Below are positions 1 to 13,098 of a DNA stretch of 64,000 nt, piece after piece. The notes below the pieces were generated by a model, which ran no database searches, was not told where the DNA came from, and saw only the letters and a list, made by a program, of their open reading frames with translations. Numbering within the stretch: the first letter of the stretch is position 1; each line of letters begins with the position of its first letter. Origin of the DNA: Octopus sinensis (lineage: Eukaryota); contig NC_043005.1 in assembly GCF_006345805.1 (NCBI RefSeq), positions 66,340,001-66,404,000 on the forward strand. The letters run 5' to 3'. The position numbers were made by a program, and so were the translations under genes.

Positions 1-12
1 TACATACATGCA

Positions 13-46
<34 letters not shown>

Positions 47-420
47 CATACGTACATACATAAAGACATTCAAACAAACATACAGACACACATATACACA
101 CACATACAACCATACATACAAACATACATACACAGGCATATATATATATATACATGCTAACAGATATTTGCAGTCACACATTCATGCATACATACATACA
201 TACTTACATACATACATACATACATGCAGACATACATACATACATACATATGTACATATATATATATATGCTGATATATATGTATATATATATATATGTA
301 TATATAGCGAGAGAGAGGGAGAGACACAAATATATAGACAGAGACACACATACATAGACACGCACACGCACGCACACAATACACACACTCAAACACACGC
401 ACATACATGTATACACACAC
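1..420. repeat. Compound (CATA)n/(TA)n/(CA)n microsatellite
   Basis: Direct reading; the overlapping HTYI/MYVC ORFs are repeat read-through. Confidence 0.95.
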
Positions 421-1499
421 ATATATTTTCTACTGGTATCTCTTTATCGTTTCAATCACTGGGCTGCGTCCAAAGAAACCCCATAAAGCAAACAAAGCAG
501 ATGTCTTAATATTGCAGTTTATCCCTAATTGAGTTCAACCATGATTAAGAAGACATTCCAGATGAGACCATTCTATTTATTTCACAAGTGCCACAAAATC
601 ACTCCCTCATTACTGGCGACCGTCTTTATAAATGCAGGGGCGTGATTTTAGACGGTCATGGCTGCTCTTTCTAGCAGAGCGTCCGCTTTCGTAGATGTTC
701 ACTTGTTACATTAGTACGGTGGATCTTTTCCTGCAAACATCCCGAAGTATATTAAATAAAAAGAACTATTTTCAGTTCAAACATATTAATACACAATTTT
801 ACCATTAGGAAATCAATTGCAGGAAGAAATACAAAAAGACAAATATAAAGAATGAAAATTGTTACATATATTAGAAATAATTGCTTTGATTAATAGGGAA
901 GAAAAAGAAAATGCATTTATAATATTTGCACAAGCTGTAATCTTGCAAGCTGTAACATGTTCTAATCAACTAATAAACTAAACTAAGCACAGAAATTTCT
1001 AGTGCACTCAGCCAGTCACCAAGTGACAAAGTATTGGGCATCATTTTGACCCGTCACGCTGTTTACGTGTTAACATCGTATATTTACTGCACTGCATGAT
1101 CCCTGTGGCATTTTAGCTTTATGTATGTTAAAATGTTCCTTAAGCATACTCGGTTTGTTCTTTCGAAACATATAACATCGTATTTTTCTAATTGCTATTG
1201 TCTTTGTAATGTTGCTATTTGTTTATATTCCCTTATTTTTCTCTATTTTTTTCTTTCATTCTCTTGGTACTTTTTTAATACATGCTATTAACATGAACAC
1301 CTTAAACCGAAGTTGTGATAATATGAAATATTGTGTTTCGCACAATCAGTCATACTTATACATTTAGACTCGTACATACGAATACATCCCTGCACACACA
1401 CACACTATGTATGTGTGTGTCATGTATATATATATATACACACATATATATATATATATATACATACATACATACATACATACATACATTTATATATAT

Positions 1500-1663
1500 G
1501 TATTTATCCTCTCTCTGTTTATTTTCCTCATATTTCTTTCTGCTGAAGAGCTTTGGCTCGAAACGTAAAAGACTCTCTCACTTTCTCGAGCGTCAAGAAA
1601 CTAATACACCTGCTTCTTGTTCATACACCTGTCTTCGTCTTTTGTTTTTCTGTAAAGTGCAAC
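1500..1663 (+). mobile_element. Short (TA)n-flanked PLE-terminus-like module (hammerhead family H2)
   Basis: Homologous to 28719-28930(-): shared TCTTTCTGYTGAAGAGC..GCTCGAAACGT.AAAGAC and CACCTGYCTTCGTCTTTTGTTT. (TA)n on both sides. PLE origin is inference. Confidence 0.6.
1535..1572 (+). ncRNA. Minimal type I hammerhead ribozyme motif (H2), A6C core variant
   Basis: UCUUU | CUGCUGA | A | GAGC-UUUG-GCUC | GAAAC | GUA | AAAGA: 5-bp stem I, 4-bp stem II, palindromic ACGU stem III. Confidence 0.65.
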
Positions 1664-1804
1664 TATATATATATATATATATATATATACATTTATATAT
1701 ATGTATATATATATATATATACATATATACACACACATATATATATGTATATATATGTATGTATGCATGTATGGATTGATGTATGTGTGTGTATTTGTAT
1801 GGGT

Positions 1805-2170
1805 TTTTTTATTTCAGTGATTTGACTGCAGCCACACTAAAGAACCGCTTAAAGCGTTTTAGACGAGGAAATCAATACCACGACATTCTTTGTAAACCTA
1901 GTACTTATTCTGTCGGTTCTTTCGCCGAACCACTAAGTTATGGCGATATAAACACACCACCACCAGTTGTCAAACGTTAGCGGGGTTTGGGAATAAACAG
2001 AGAAAGACACACAAATACATACATATATATATATATGACTGGCTGCTTTCGGATTCCCTTTACCAAATCCCCCTCACAGTGTTTTGTCGGCCCGAGGAAA
2101 TAGTAGTACACACTGGCCCAAGGTGTCACACAGTGTTGCCGAACCTGGAAATGGCACGAGACTAGGGTAT
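1805..2170 (-). mobile_element. SINE family A, degenerate copy
   Basis: Recognisable blocks (GACTGCAGCC, AAACCTAGTACTTATTCT, GCCGAACCACTAAG, GTCGGCCCGAGG, CCCAAGGTGTCAC) aligned by eye to cleaner copies. Confidence 0.7.
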
Positions 2171-2969
2171 GATTACCGAGTTTGATAATTCGGTGGTGCT
2201 CCACTAACTGGTCAGCCAATCAGGTAAGTTGAGATAAGTTTGTCACATATTTCATCTGCTAAAAGGCAAATACACTGCAGTTACTGTGGAGAATATATCT
2301 CTTTTATGGTAAAGAGGTATGAAAACACACGGTTCGTTCAGTGTCACCATTTGTTAGGAGTCTCAGACATCGACGTTTGAAGCTCCTTCACTATTTTCGA
2401 GGAGATGTTCCCATGAGTGGCAACTTTGAACAAACTTATAAAGCTGTAACTTCATGTATAAATCAGTCAAAACGTTGATTGATTTGCGCTACTAAATCGG
2501 CCGACACACACACACACACATACGCACGCACGCACGCACACACACACACAAACTTACACACACATACAGATATACGCGTATATATATATATACACACAGA
2601 CATATATATATAAGATAGGCTCCTTTCAGTTTCCCTCTTCCAAATCCACTCACAAAACTTTGATTGGCCCGGAGCCATACTTGAACTCTACCAAGGCACC
2701 ATACAGTGAGAATGAACAGATTTTATTACAAAGTACTACAATTGTTCCGGCGCATCAGTATCAGCTGGTAATTGCTGAATTTTACACAATTGCCAGTTGT
2801 TATTGATGTGCCATGTTCTGGTATTAAAGTTCTTTTGTATATCCTCTACGAATATTCACAGATTTCGACATGTACATCCAGTAAAAGAAGTCTTACTGTA
2901 TAATAGCATTTGGTACCTAATACTGAAGACGAGCTTTGGAAAGCACACTATACGTTTATTAATATGTGG

Positions 2970-3021
<52 letters not shown>

Positions 3022-3423
3022 GTGTGTGTGTTCCTAGTGACGGTTGTCATTGAATTTTTGTCATAAGTATAATCAATCGTTTGCTTTTTTTAGTAATTGA
3101 AAACCTTGCTTTGTCCAAGTTAGCATCGGAATCTTACTATTCCATGAAATATCGCTGGTCCAGGTGCCACGTGGAAAGCAGTTGTAATTCCCGACGAAAC
3201 AATTACTACATTCAACTAAAGACATCTCTGACTTCATGGAGAAATTTTACAGATAAAACTAATTTTGGAATATCTTGATATTTCAATAAATTTCAACAAT
3301 ACTAAGTAAGATTTTAGTTTGCTCTCTGTTAAATTTAGAAAATTTAATTTCAAATTGATGGATTCCATTTCACATTTACTTATCCAGTTTTTTTTCCGTC
3401 GAGGGCTATGTTCCAATATTAGA

Positions 3424-3820
3424 CTCTTTACTCTTTTACTCTTTTACTTGTTTCAGTCATTTGACTGCGGCCATGCTGGAGCACCGCCTTTAGTCGAGCA
3501 ACTCGACCCCTGGACTTATTCTTTTGTAAGCTCAGTACTTATTCTATCGGTCTCTTTTTGCCGAACCGCTAAGTGACGGGGACGTAAACACACCAGCATT
3601 GGTTGTCAAGCAATGCTAGGGGGACAAACACAGACACCCAAACACACACACATATATATATATATATATACGACAGGCTTCTTTCAGTTTCCGTCTACCA
3701 AATCCACTCACAAGGCATTGGTCGGCCCGGGGCTATAGCAGAAGACACTTGCCCAAGATGCCACGCAGTGGGACTGAACCCGGAACCATGTGGTTGGTTA
3801 GCAAGCCACTCCTGCGACTA
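3424..3820 (-). mobile_element. SINE family A (tRNA-like head, internal TA/GT microsatellite, (AAAAGAGT)n tail)
   Basis: A box TGGCT..TGG and B box GGTTCAGTCCC on the minus strand; about 14 homologous copies in the window. Confidence 0.9.
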
Positions 3821-4024
3821 TATATTCTGTAGCCAGTATAAGCTTGAGGTTATAAATACATTTACATATTTTTTACTCGCCATCGTTTCTTAACTTACGG
3901 TGAACGCGCACATGCCTATTTGTTTACACACCACTATGAAATCATAATCGCCTGTGTTGAATTAGACTAGTACTGATACGACTTGCAACATGCGCCACTT
4001 GTCGATTAGGACCAGGGTGTAGTC

Positions 4025-4057
<33 letters not shown>

Positions 4058-4123
4058 TCCAAAACAGCGACACAACGTACGGATGATTCACATACCTAAC
4101 GTAGCTAATTCCTCATCAGTCAA

Positions 4124-4228
4124 GTCCCAAAGATCATAACAATTTCGCGCCTTTAAGGATGTTGTTGTTCACTTATATTGTAAACAATACTATCGGTAAA
4201 GGCGCGAAATTGTTATGATCTTTTGGAC
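4124..4228. repeat. Inverted repeat / long hairpin (32-bp arms, 1 mismatch, 41-nt spacer)
   Basis: GTCCCAAAGATCATAACAATTTCGCGCCTTTA (4124-4155) vs TAAAGGCGCGAAATTGTTATGATCTTTTGGAC (4197-4228). Confidence 0.9.
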
Positions 4229-6419
4229 GTTGACCGATGGGATAGCAAGTATGTTGCGTGTGAAAGAACCCGTCTAAACGAGAATATAAAAAGGAGAAAG
4301 CAAAGTCTTCAGTGTGGTTTGTGGGGTCGACCGCGTCCTCCGCGTCATTTTTTGTAAATCACTCATTCTCATTTAATTGTATATATTTTAATTGTTTGTT
4401 TATTCATACGTTTCGTCTCATTCGATACCATGACCTCAGTGTTTGTTTGGTCTGTCCTCGTATCGTTCCCCTCTTTTTCTCAACCTCATGGTTAATAAAG
4501 AAATTGACTGATGCGGAATTAGGTTTTGTTTGGGAATTTTACGCTCGCTCTGTCGCTGTTAAATCTTTGAAATATTACATAATGTAACGCCACGCACTTT
4601 TTTGTCATTATCTTTTACTATTCATATATATATATATATATGTGTATGTGTGTGTATGTGTGTGTGTGTGTGTGTGGTGTGTGTGTGTGTATGTTTGTGT
4701 GTGTGTGTGTGTGTGTGTATGTATACATGGATATGTTTGTCGTTATGTATTTATATGCCTGCACATTTCTATAAGATGTGAACGAAAGCCGGTGGGCGGT
4801 ACAAAAAGGGAGAAGTAGCAAGGGAAGTAGAGAGAAAGAAAGAGTGAGAAAGAAAGAGTGTTCTGCACACATGTATGCATGATCGTGGTTTTTGTAAATA
4901 CGTTTACTCTACAGGATGCCATGTAACCACCATTTGTTTTGCGTTATTAGTAGTTTCCTCTCAATCGATTAGTTAATTGGATGTGTCACTATATTTACAG
5001 CAAAATTAAAACGAATAAGACGACCTCAGTTTGTACTTTTTGAATTGAATTATCTCGAACAGAGTTATAGATTGCTGAAAAAGGTCAATATTGTCACTTG
5101 TCTTTTTTTTTATATCAGCCAGTCGTAGTTTTATTAATCGATAAACATATCGATATGTCTGCAGCATGTCGGGCATATATCATTTGTTGGGGCGCACTCA
5201 AACGATGTACAGCAAATCCCTTTCTTAGACTCTGATGTGCTGTTTGCTTTTCCGATGCGGGTGGTACATTTCTGTACCTGACGAGAGAAGCCATATATAC
5301 TGTTGTATCTTTTAAATACGCTGTATGAAATACTAGTGGAATGCTATTTTTGTACATCGTATATATGTCTTAATTATGATGTTTTGGTAATATATTGCTC
5401 TGAATTTTTGTGTAAGATTCCCTTCTTTGTTTTCAATCTTCATACTATGTATTGCAGTGTTTTCAGGTCTTTGTTTATGGATAGTTTCTCTATTTCTTAA
5501 GGAGATATATTACTTTCCAGTTTGTCCTTTGATCACTACAGCTGTTGCCAGATACAACAAATGGTTGAATATCATTCTATATCATTGGTATCAATATCTA
5601 GTATGATTTACCTCAAGGAAAAAAGTAGTGCATAATCCATTTCTAATAGGGTCGAACGTTTAGTTTTATTATTCTCTTTTTCTACCTGAAAATGTCTTCT
5701 GGCAATCAATTCATATCGTGTCTAGCAATTTGTTTCTCTTGATTAAAATTCGTTTACCAGTAATTAATCTTTAAAACAGCGAGACATTTTACAGCATTCC
5801 AGCTCGTCTGCTTTTCTAGTAGTGCACTAATTATCCATTCCTGCATTGTTGTTTCGTTTCTGTTTCTCCAATAAGATGTGTTTAGTTTATCAAATATTTA
5901 CGCTATAAAAATAATTCTATCAAAACTTTTAGTTCACTACAAAGATCGTAGATATATTACATATGGTTATAATGATTCTCATTATAATGATTATAATGAT
6001 ATTTTACATCTAGACACCGTATGACGGCCCCCACTCTCTTTATTTTTCCTGAATAACTTCACTCCCACCTCTTTCCTTTGCTTCCATTCATGCAGCTGGC
6101 ATTTGTTCCTGGTTTGCTAGCAACTGAACCGTTCATAGTTTCGTTTCGAATTTAAATTATTGGGTCCTAGAATTTTGTCTTTAGTTTCTCTGAGATCCGT
6201 TCCAATAACCCTTAACATTCTACCAGATATGTCATTTTCTGTCATGCGACAGTGTCTAGTTTGCATTTCTTTAGATAAAATATATCTTTATTGATGTTTA
6301 TCATCCATTTCCTACTTACCCACTTACACGGCTTCATTGCAACATAATATAACTAATTAATATTTTTGGGGGGTTATCACTGTATCACTGTATCAACCAG
6401 ACTACCAAATGTTCTTATA

Positions 6420-6900
6420 CATTGCTGTTCTTAACGTACATCCAATTCCTTTTTGATTGTTCTATTCTTTTCCATCTTGTCCTAAGTCGCTTAACTAAAT
6501 AGTTTTTTCATTGTGGTAGAGGCCTTCCAAGTGGTCTTTAACGATCTCTTCGATATACCACCGGCAAATGCACGGATCTGCCTTTTTTGTCTGCGAACCT
6601 TACGACTTGTCTGTGCTTTCGGCATTCTGCGATCAGTTCACTCACTTCGCTCACTTTGCTTCGTTTTCGAATATACTCTCGTAATATTCCTAGCATGAAT
6701 CTTTCCGTTACCCTTTCCGTCTTTGTCAATTGATGTGTTTTTTTTCCATTTCGTAGTAACCCCTGTCTCATTTGCACATAAGTGCGCAAGTAGAACTCTG
6801 CAATTGAATGGTTCGGCCCGTATACATTTGTTTAGCCTTGTTTGAGCACATTCTTCAATGACTTAAACACCTATCCTGCCCTTATTCTCGCCGAGCCTTC
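6420..6900 (-). pseudogene. Possible highly degenerate RLE-type LINE C-terminal remnant
   Basis: Broken minus-strand frames give GQDRCL..RMC..TIQL..CALM..GLL, loosely like the zinc-knuckle/RLE region. Weak. Confidence 0.25.
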
Positions 6901-6920
6901 GGCATCTATATCTTGGTGCA

Positions 6921-7320
6921 TACTCTTTTCTCTTTTACTCTTTTACTTGTTTCAGTCATTTGACTGCGGCCATGCGGGAGCACCGCCTTTAGTCGAGCAA
7001 ATCGACCCCGGGACTTATTCTTTGTAAGCCCAGTACTTATTCTATCGGTCTCTTTTGCCGAACCGCTAAGTGACGTAAACACACCAGCATCGGTTGTGAA
7101 GCAATGCTAGGGGGACAAACACAGACACACATACATACATATATATATATACATAAATACGACGGGCTTCTTTCAGTTTCCGTCTACCAATCCACTCACA
7201 AGACATTGGTCGGCCCGGGGCTATAGCAGAAGACACTTGCCCAAGGTGCCACGCAGTGGGACTGAACCCGGAACCATGTGGTTGGTTAGCAAGCCACTTA
7301 CCACACAGCCACTCCTGCGC
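6921..7320 (-). mobile_element. SINE family A, full length
   Basis: Same head, internal microsatellite and tail as the other A copies. Confidence 0.9.
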
Positions 7321-7949
7321 ATGTTTATTATGTTATATCATTTTAACGTTTCTGTCCTCTTGAGTCTATATCAGGATAGCCTTACATTTCTTTCTGCCAG
7401 GCAAGAAAATTTTATGTGACAATATACAAATATAGAACACTAAATACAAGAAACTATAAAAAGCTACAAGTGACAATTGTAATATTTTAAAATGATAAAG
7501 CAAGAATTTAAATTCTATAAGTATACCCGAAATATTCTTCAAGGTAAAGTATATCAATGGAGCTGAGCTTTGTTTGCAAAAGATGATTTCACTCTTGAAC
7601 GTAAGTTTAACTTGTACATTTTGTATTTTGTATTTTGATACTGACAAACAATAGTATTACACGTTAAATTATAGACTCTTCTGTGTCCGAAGTATTATTA
7701 CTGTCATAGGCGTATGAGTTTTTGTTAGGTTTTCATATGTAAGTAGTGAGACAAGATGATGTGTGGGTATGTACGGGAAGAGAAAAAGAAAGGGAGTAGA
7801 TCAGAGGTAGGAAGAAAGAAACAGGAAGACGAGGACAGGAATAAATATTCTAACAGACGGAAGTAATATTTGGTCAAACTTGCGTTTGTCAGTGTACATA
7901 TTTGCTTCTAAATATTTATTGGATTATCTTTGTGCGACAGACTCGCATG

Positions 7950-7959
7950 TAGGTGTATG

Positions 7960-8015
<56 letters not shown>

Positions 8016-8047
8016 TATACATACATATCCATATATATACATATAAA

Positions 8048-8090
<43 letters not shown>

Positions 8091-8101
8091 CTATCTATCT
8101 T

Positions 8102-8174
<73 letters not shown>

Positions 8175-8176
8175 GC

Positions 8177-8245
<69 letters not shown>

Positions 8246-8350
8246 TACATAGACATATACATTTATATACGTATGTACATATACATATACATATGCACAC
8301 ATATATATGTTTATGTGGGTGCAAGTATGTATGTATATGTTGGTGTGAAT
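7950..8350. repeat. Compound (TA)n/(TATC)n microsatellite
   Basis: Direct reading. Confidence 0.95.
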
Positions 8351-8713
8351 ATTTTCATACTCATGAAATTTTTCTGTGTGATATCGTATCCTTCGTCGCA
8401 CAAGTTATGGAAAACTCATATAGACATTTGACTTTGATATAAAATTCATGCACTAATGCACAAGATATACACTCGCACGCAAGCACAGATACACACACAC
8501 ACATATATACACACAAAAACACAAACATACACACAGATACTCACAAACACATGCGCAAGTTTAATTTATTCCTCTCTTCCTTCATATGCATATACATACA
8601 TATACATATATGTATATATATATATATGTATATACACATTATATATACATATACACACATTATCTATCTATCTATCTATCTATCTCGCTCTCTCTCTCTC
8701 TCTCTCTCTCTCA

Positions 8714-8750
<37 letters not shown>

Positions 8751-9250
8751 ACTAGATATTCCAGCAGACCCATTCTCTACTACAAACATTTATGCATCCT
8801 AGTTTCGTGGAAGACAATACATGGAAATATAGACCGTACATTATGTATTTTTAGAAATATACCAAAGTCTCGTTTAGTAATATAAGCATTCATGTGTACA
8901 GAGATGCGTGAATGTTTAACGTAGATCCTCACAGGTAGACATCGATCCAATATGAAACAAATTACATGAAGCTGTCTTCAAATATGACATAGAAATGTTC
9001 AAGACTACTTTTTTATATGAAACATCACCAACAATAATGACCTCTAAGCATGGTACTAAGAGACGTTACTTGAGAGATTCAACAGAATTGACACCCTGAA
9101 GTTGTCGGGTATATATTTTATCGATCGATAGAGATGAAAGGGAAATTTGACCCCGGTATAATCCGAGATAAAAGCAATATAACATCTTATTATTTGATGC
9201 AAGAGGATATATCATTAGAGCAGAAGTACACTTGAAAACTAGAAATATTC

Positions 9251-9576
9251 GCACATGGCTTAGTGGTTAGAGCGTCGGGCGCACAATCATGAGGTAGTGA
9301 GTTTGATTCCCGGACCGCGCAGTTTATTATGGTTTTGAGTAAGACACATTTTTTTCACGTTGCTCCAGGTCACTCAGCTATAGAAGTGGGTTGTGACGCC
9401 AAGCTGTATCGACCTTTGTTTTTCTTTTGGATAACATTGATGGCGTGGAGAGGAAGGGCTGGTATGCATGGGTGACTGCTGGTCTTCCATTAACAACCTG
9501 GCCCAGACTTGAGCCTCGAAGGGTAACTTTCTAGGTGCAGTCCTATACCCATTGATGACCGAAGTGGGCCTTTACC
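9251..9576 (+). mobile_element. tRNA-derived SINE with family-D head/core and family-C tail
   Basis: TGGCTTAGTGG A box and GTTTGATTCC B box. 9251-9385 matches 50565-50692(-); 9398-9568 matches 22783-22956(-). Confidence 0.8.
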
Positions 9577-10684
9577 ATTTATTCATTATAAAAGTAAAAT
9601 CAAGTCTGGCAGCATTTCAATTTTATATTCTTGACAATATAAACAGTGACTGAAACTACTACTTGTAAAATTTTAGAAATAGAGAAAATTCACAAAGCAA
9701 TTGAATTATGCTATTCTTAGACACATATCAAGTTAACATGATAATGTAGTATGATTAGAAGGCTAGTGAAAAAAGGAGTCTGTTAACGAGGATGAGTGGG
9801 TAATTAATGATACACCAATTATTATAGTGAAACACTCGGCTGAGGAACATATAAGGCATAGTGCTATAATGCAATTATATTCGGGACCTACTAAACGTAG
9901 AAAGATTTCACTGTGTGGTATGTTTTATAGCTTTAATTTTAAGTACCAACACCTGTAATTAAACTACTCGTTACATTACTCATTATATATTTTTCGCATA
10001 TCCTCAAATAAAATAAGTATTTCAAGAAAAATCGTACAAAAATATATTTCGCCTCATATGTCCCTGAGAAATATTAGCCAGCTTTAACCAAACTAAATTT
10101 AACCAAACAACCCTAATACATTATGCACACCAACGTGAACATTATACAAAGTAATTGGCAAAGGTGAGGTATTTGTTTTGAGTACCATTGTTGACACAAA
10201 CTTATCCTCAACATCGTTCATCGAATTGCTGGCTACTTCGTTTAAACTGAGTTCTATCAACACTTACATAGGATTAGGAACAAAATCAGCCAAGCAAAGC
10301 TATTGATTCCAAATTATATTAGCTATTTTAAGTTGAATAATAAGTATTTTTTTTATATACAATGTAAAACCTGAAACCATTAATAAATGCCCTTCTCAAT
10401 TCTCAAAGCTATGAAATTCTATTTTCAAATGTTCAATTACTTAACCGTCATTCAGAATTAGTTTCATGATGTAGACGTGGAATTTGAGAACATTAAAATA
10501 CCTTCTACTAATCTCTCCTAATGCGTAAAGTTTCGCCAATAAAATTCACTCATTTCGATGAAACTCAAATAATTATACTTACTATGTATACAGCACCAAA
10601 TCTACTGCATCTCCATATGAACTTCATAATAATTTTTGCTGGAGACAAACCGTTTTACTTCTTAAATCTTGATATAAATGTATA

Positions 10685-11195
10685 CCGTAAATCCTCGTGT
10701 ATAATCCGCATTTTCCCCCAAAATTTAAAGGTCAAAATCCCTAGTGCGTACTATATACGAGGTTAACAATGAAAAATATTTTCTAAGCAATGTCCGAGTC
10801 TCTATTTGCTGTCCGGGAATGTTTATTCAGACGCATTTTGTGATGTCGGGCGCGAAAATATCTTAAGCTAAGCCTGAAAACAATGAAGTCATAAAAGAAT
10901 CATCCATAACTTGCAGTAAGCAACATTTATTAAAGGTTATTACTGTTATTTCTTTATTTTCTGCAAACAAAATGCACAAAAAAGCTACACGTTTGCATTA
11001 TGTTATATATACAACAATAATAAAGGACGTTACCGTATACATTTTTACAAACCAAGGACGTTATATAGAACTCCTTGGCTCAAGTTAGAGAAGGGGTGCG
11101 TATTATATACAAGGTTTAGGTTTTTCAGAGGTACAGCCCCCTAAAATTCCCCTGCGTATTATACTCAAGGTCAGACTATACTCGAGGATTTACGG
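10685..11195. mobile_element. Tc1/mariner-superfamily (Tc2-like) MITE
   Basis: TIRs CCGTAAATCCTCG(T/A)GTATA (18/19), TA on both sides (10683-84, 11196-97), no ORF; second copy at 44843. Confidence 0.85.
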
Positions 11196-12008
11196 TATTT
11201 ATTATGGAAAATATTGTTACCAATATAACTGCATAATAATAATAATTGATAGGAATGTCTTGAGTAAATTCCCCTTAGTATGTTTTGTAATACATGAGTA
11301 ACTTGGTGCAAAAAAGTCATAAGTAATAGTTTCAGCGCTATTAATAACTTTACTAGTAATTCTGAAATGATTTTAAATCAGCTATACTGCTCTGTTGCGT
11401 AGTCGCTATTCATACTAAGGAGAAAAAGAGCTGAAACCTAGAATGTTTTTACTGGCTGAAGGTACGGGTAATATTTCCAATAGGTGCATGTGATGCGGTA
11501 TTTATAATAGTAACTGATAGTTAAAGAGATGATATTTCTTGCTTAAGAAGTATTAGCCTCAGGTATAAGTCGCATCCCAAATTTGTTTTCATGAAGTGGC
11601 ATATATAAGAAAGGATTCTAAGTTGTCCACAAATACATATATGTTACATATACACAGATACTAACGTGTACAAAAAAGTGCACACACAAATGGACACATA
11701 AACTATACACACAAGAAGGCAGTGGCGCGTAAACACGCAACAACAACAACAGCAACAAGAGAGTAAACACGCAACAACAAATACATATTTTCAAACGGGC
11801 ATGCACACGCAAATATGCATGTACAAGTTTGCATACATGCATGAGTGTATGTATGCTCGTGTACAATGTTTCGTATCTAACAAAAATAGTGCGCTAATGA
11901 CATATATTGACTCTGACAATGCATGATATCGTTATTCATGTATGTGCGAGGAATTGTTTGATCACACATACGCCTCCACACGCCTTCGCTCTAATACTGT
12001 CACATATA

Positions 12009-12051
<43 letters not shown>

Positions 12052-12102
12052 ATATATATGTGTGTGCGTGTGTGTGTGTGTGTGTGGTGTATATATGTAT
12101 AT

Positions 12103-12149
<47 letters not shown>

Positions 12150-12366
12150 TCTTAGTATTTTTATTGGTTCAGTCATCTGACTGCGGCCATGCTGGAGCAC
12201 TACCTTTAGTCGATCTAATCGACCCCAGGACTTATTACTTGTAAGCCTAGTACTTATTTTATTGGTCTTTCGTGCCGAACCGCTAGTTTACGAGGACGTA
12301 AATACACCAACAACAGCTGTCAAGTGATGGTGGGGGGACAAACATACACATGCACACACACACACA

Positions 12367-12401
<35 letters not shown>

Positions 12402-12405
<4 letters not shown>

Positions 12406-12788
12406 TTCATCAGGACAATGCGCGACCCCACACTGCAAAGATCACATCACGGAAGAACGAGGAGCTTGGTTGGGAAAAAATTCCTCATTTACCTAATTTT
12501 CCCGACTTTGATCCTTCAGACTACCATTTATTTTGTAGTTTACAGAATTATTTGGGGGACATAACTTTCGCAAGCCAGGAGGAGGTCGAATCTGGCATTT
12601 CAGAGTTCTTCGCTTTGAAACCAAAAAAGTTTTTAAATTGATGGGATTAAAAAGTTTGTAAATAGAAGGAAGGAAGTCATAGATAATCAGGGAAAGTACA
12701 TTGATGATTAAATTTCAATTAAATATATCATTTGATCACTTGTTTTGTTTATTCAAAATTCGGACAGAACTTATGGGATGATCTGATA
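12402..12788 (+). pseudogene. Mariner (DD34D) transposase C-terminal fragment with right TIR
   Basis: IFHQDNARPHTAK...PHLPNFPDFDPSDYHLF matches the mariner motifs FHQDNARPH and HPPYSPDLAPSDYHLF; premature stop at 12641; TIR-like end ...GAACTTATGGGATGATCTGATA. Confidence 0.9.
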
Positions 12789-12846
12789 TATATATACATA
12801 AGACAGGCTTCTTTCTGTTTCCTATATCAAATCCACTCACAAGGCT

Positions 12847-13098
12847 AATTTTTAAATGTCTTTATTGCCCACAGGTAGCTTAATATAGAAGGGACAAATA
12901 AGGTCAATGGGATTAAGTCGATTACATCGACCCAGTGCGTAACTGGTACTTATTTAATCGGCCCCGAAAGGATGAAAGACAAAATCCACCTCGGTGGAAT
13001 TCGAACTCAGAACTTAACGGCATACGAAATACCGCTAGGCTGTTCGCGCGGCGTGCTAACGATTCTCGCCGCCCTTTCTGCCAGCATACCGCCCTCAT
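12847..13098 (-). mobile_element. SINE family B (tail type B1) inserted in SINE A
   Basis: 10-bp TSD TCACAAGGCT (12837-46 / 13099-108); core ATCGACCCC-AAAGGATGAAAG..GGAATTCGAACTC. Confidence 0.85.

Noticed and set aside
1045-1072. piggyBac-like end (TTTGACCCGTCACGCTGTTTACGTGTTAA)
   Set aside because: Only one end; no matching TIR/TTAA partner or transposase found.
2340-2420. Hammerhead-like string on the minus strand (GTGAAGGAGCTTCAAACGTC)
   Set aside because: Too many core mismatches and no stem I.
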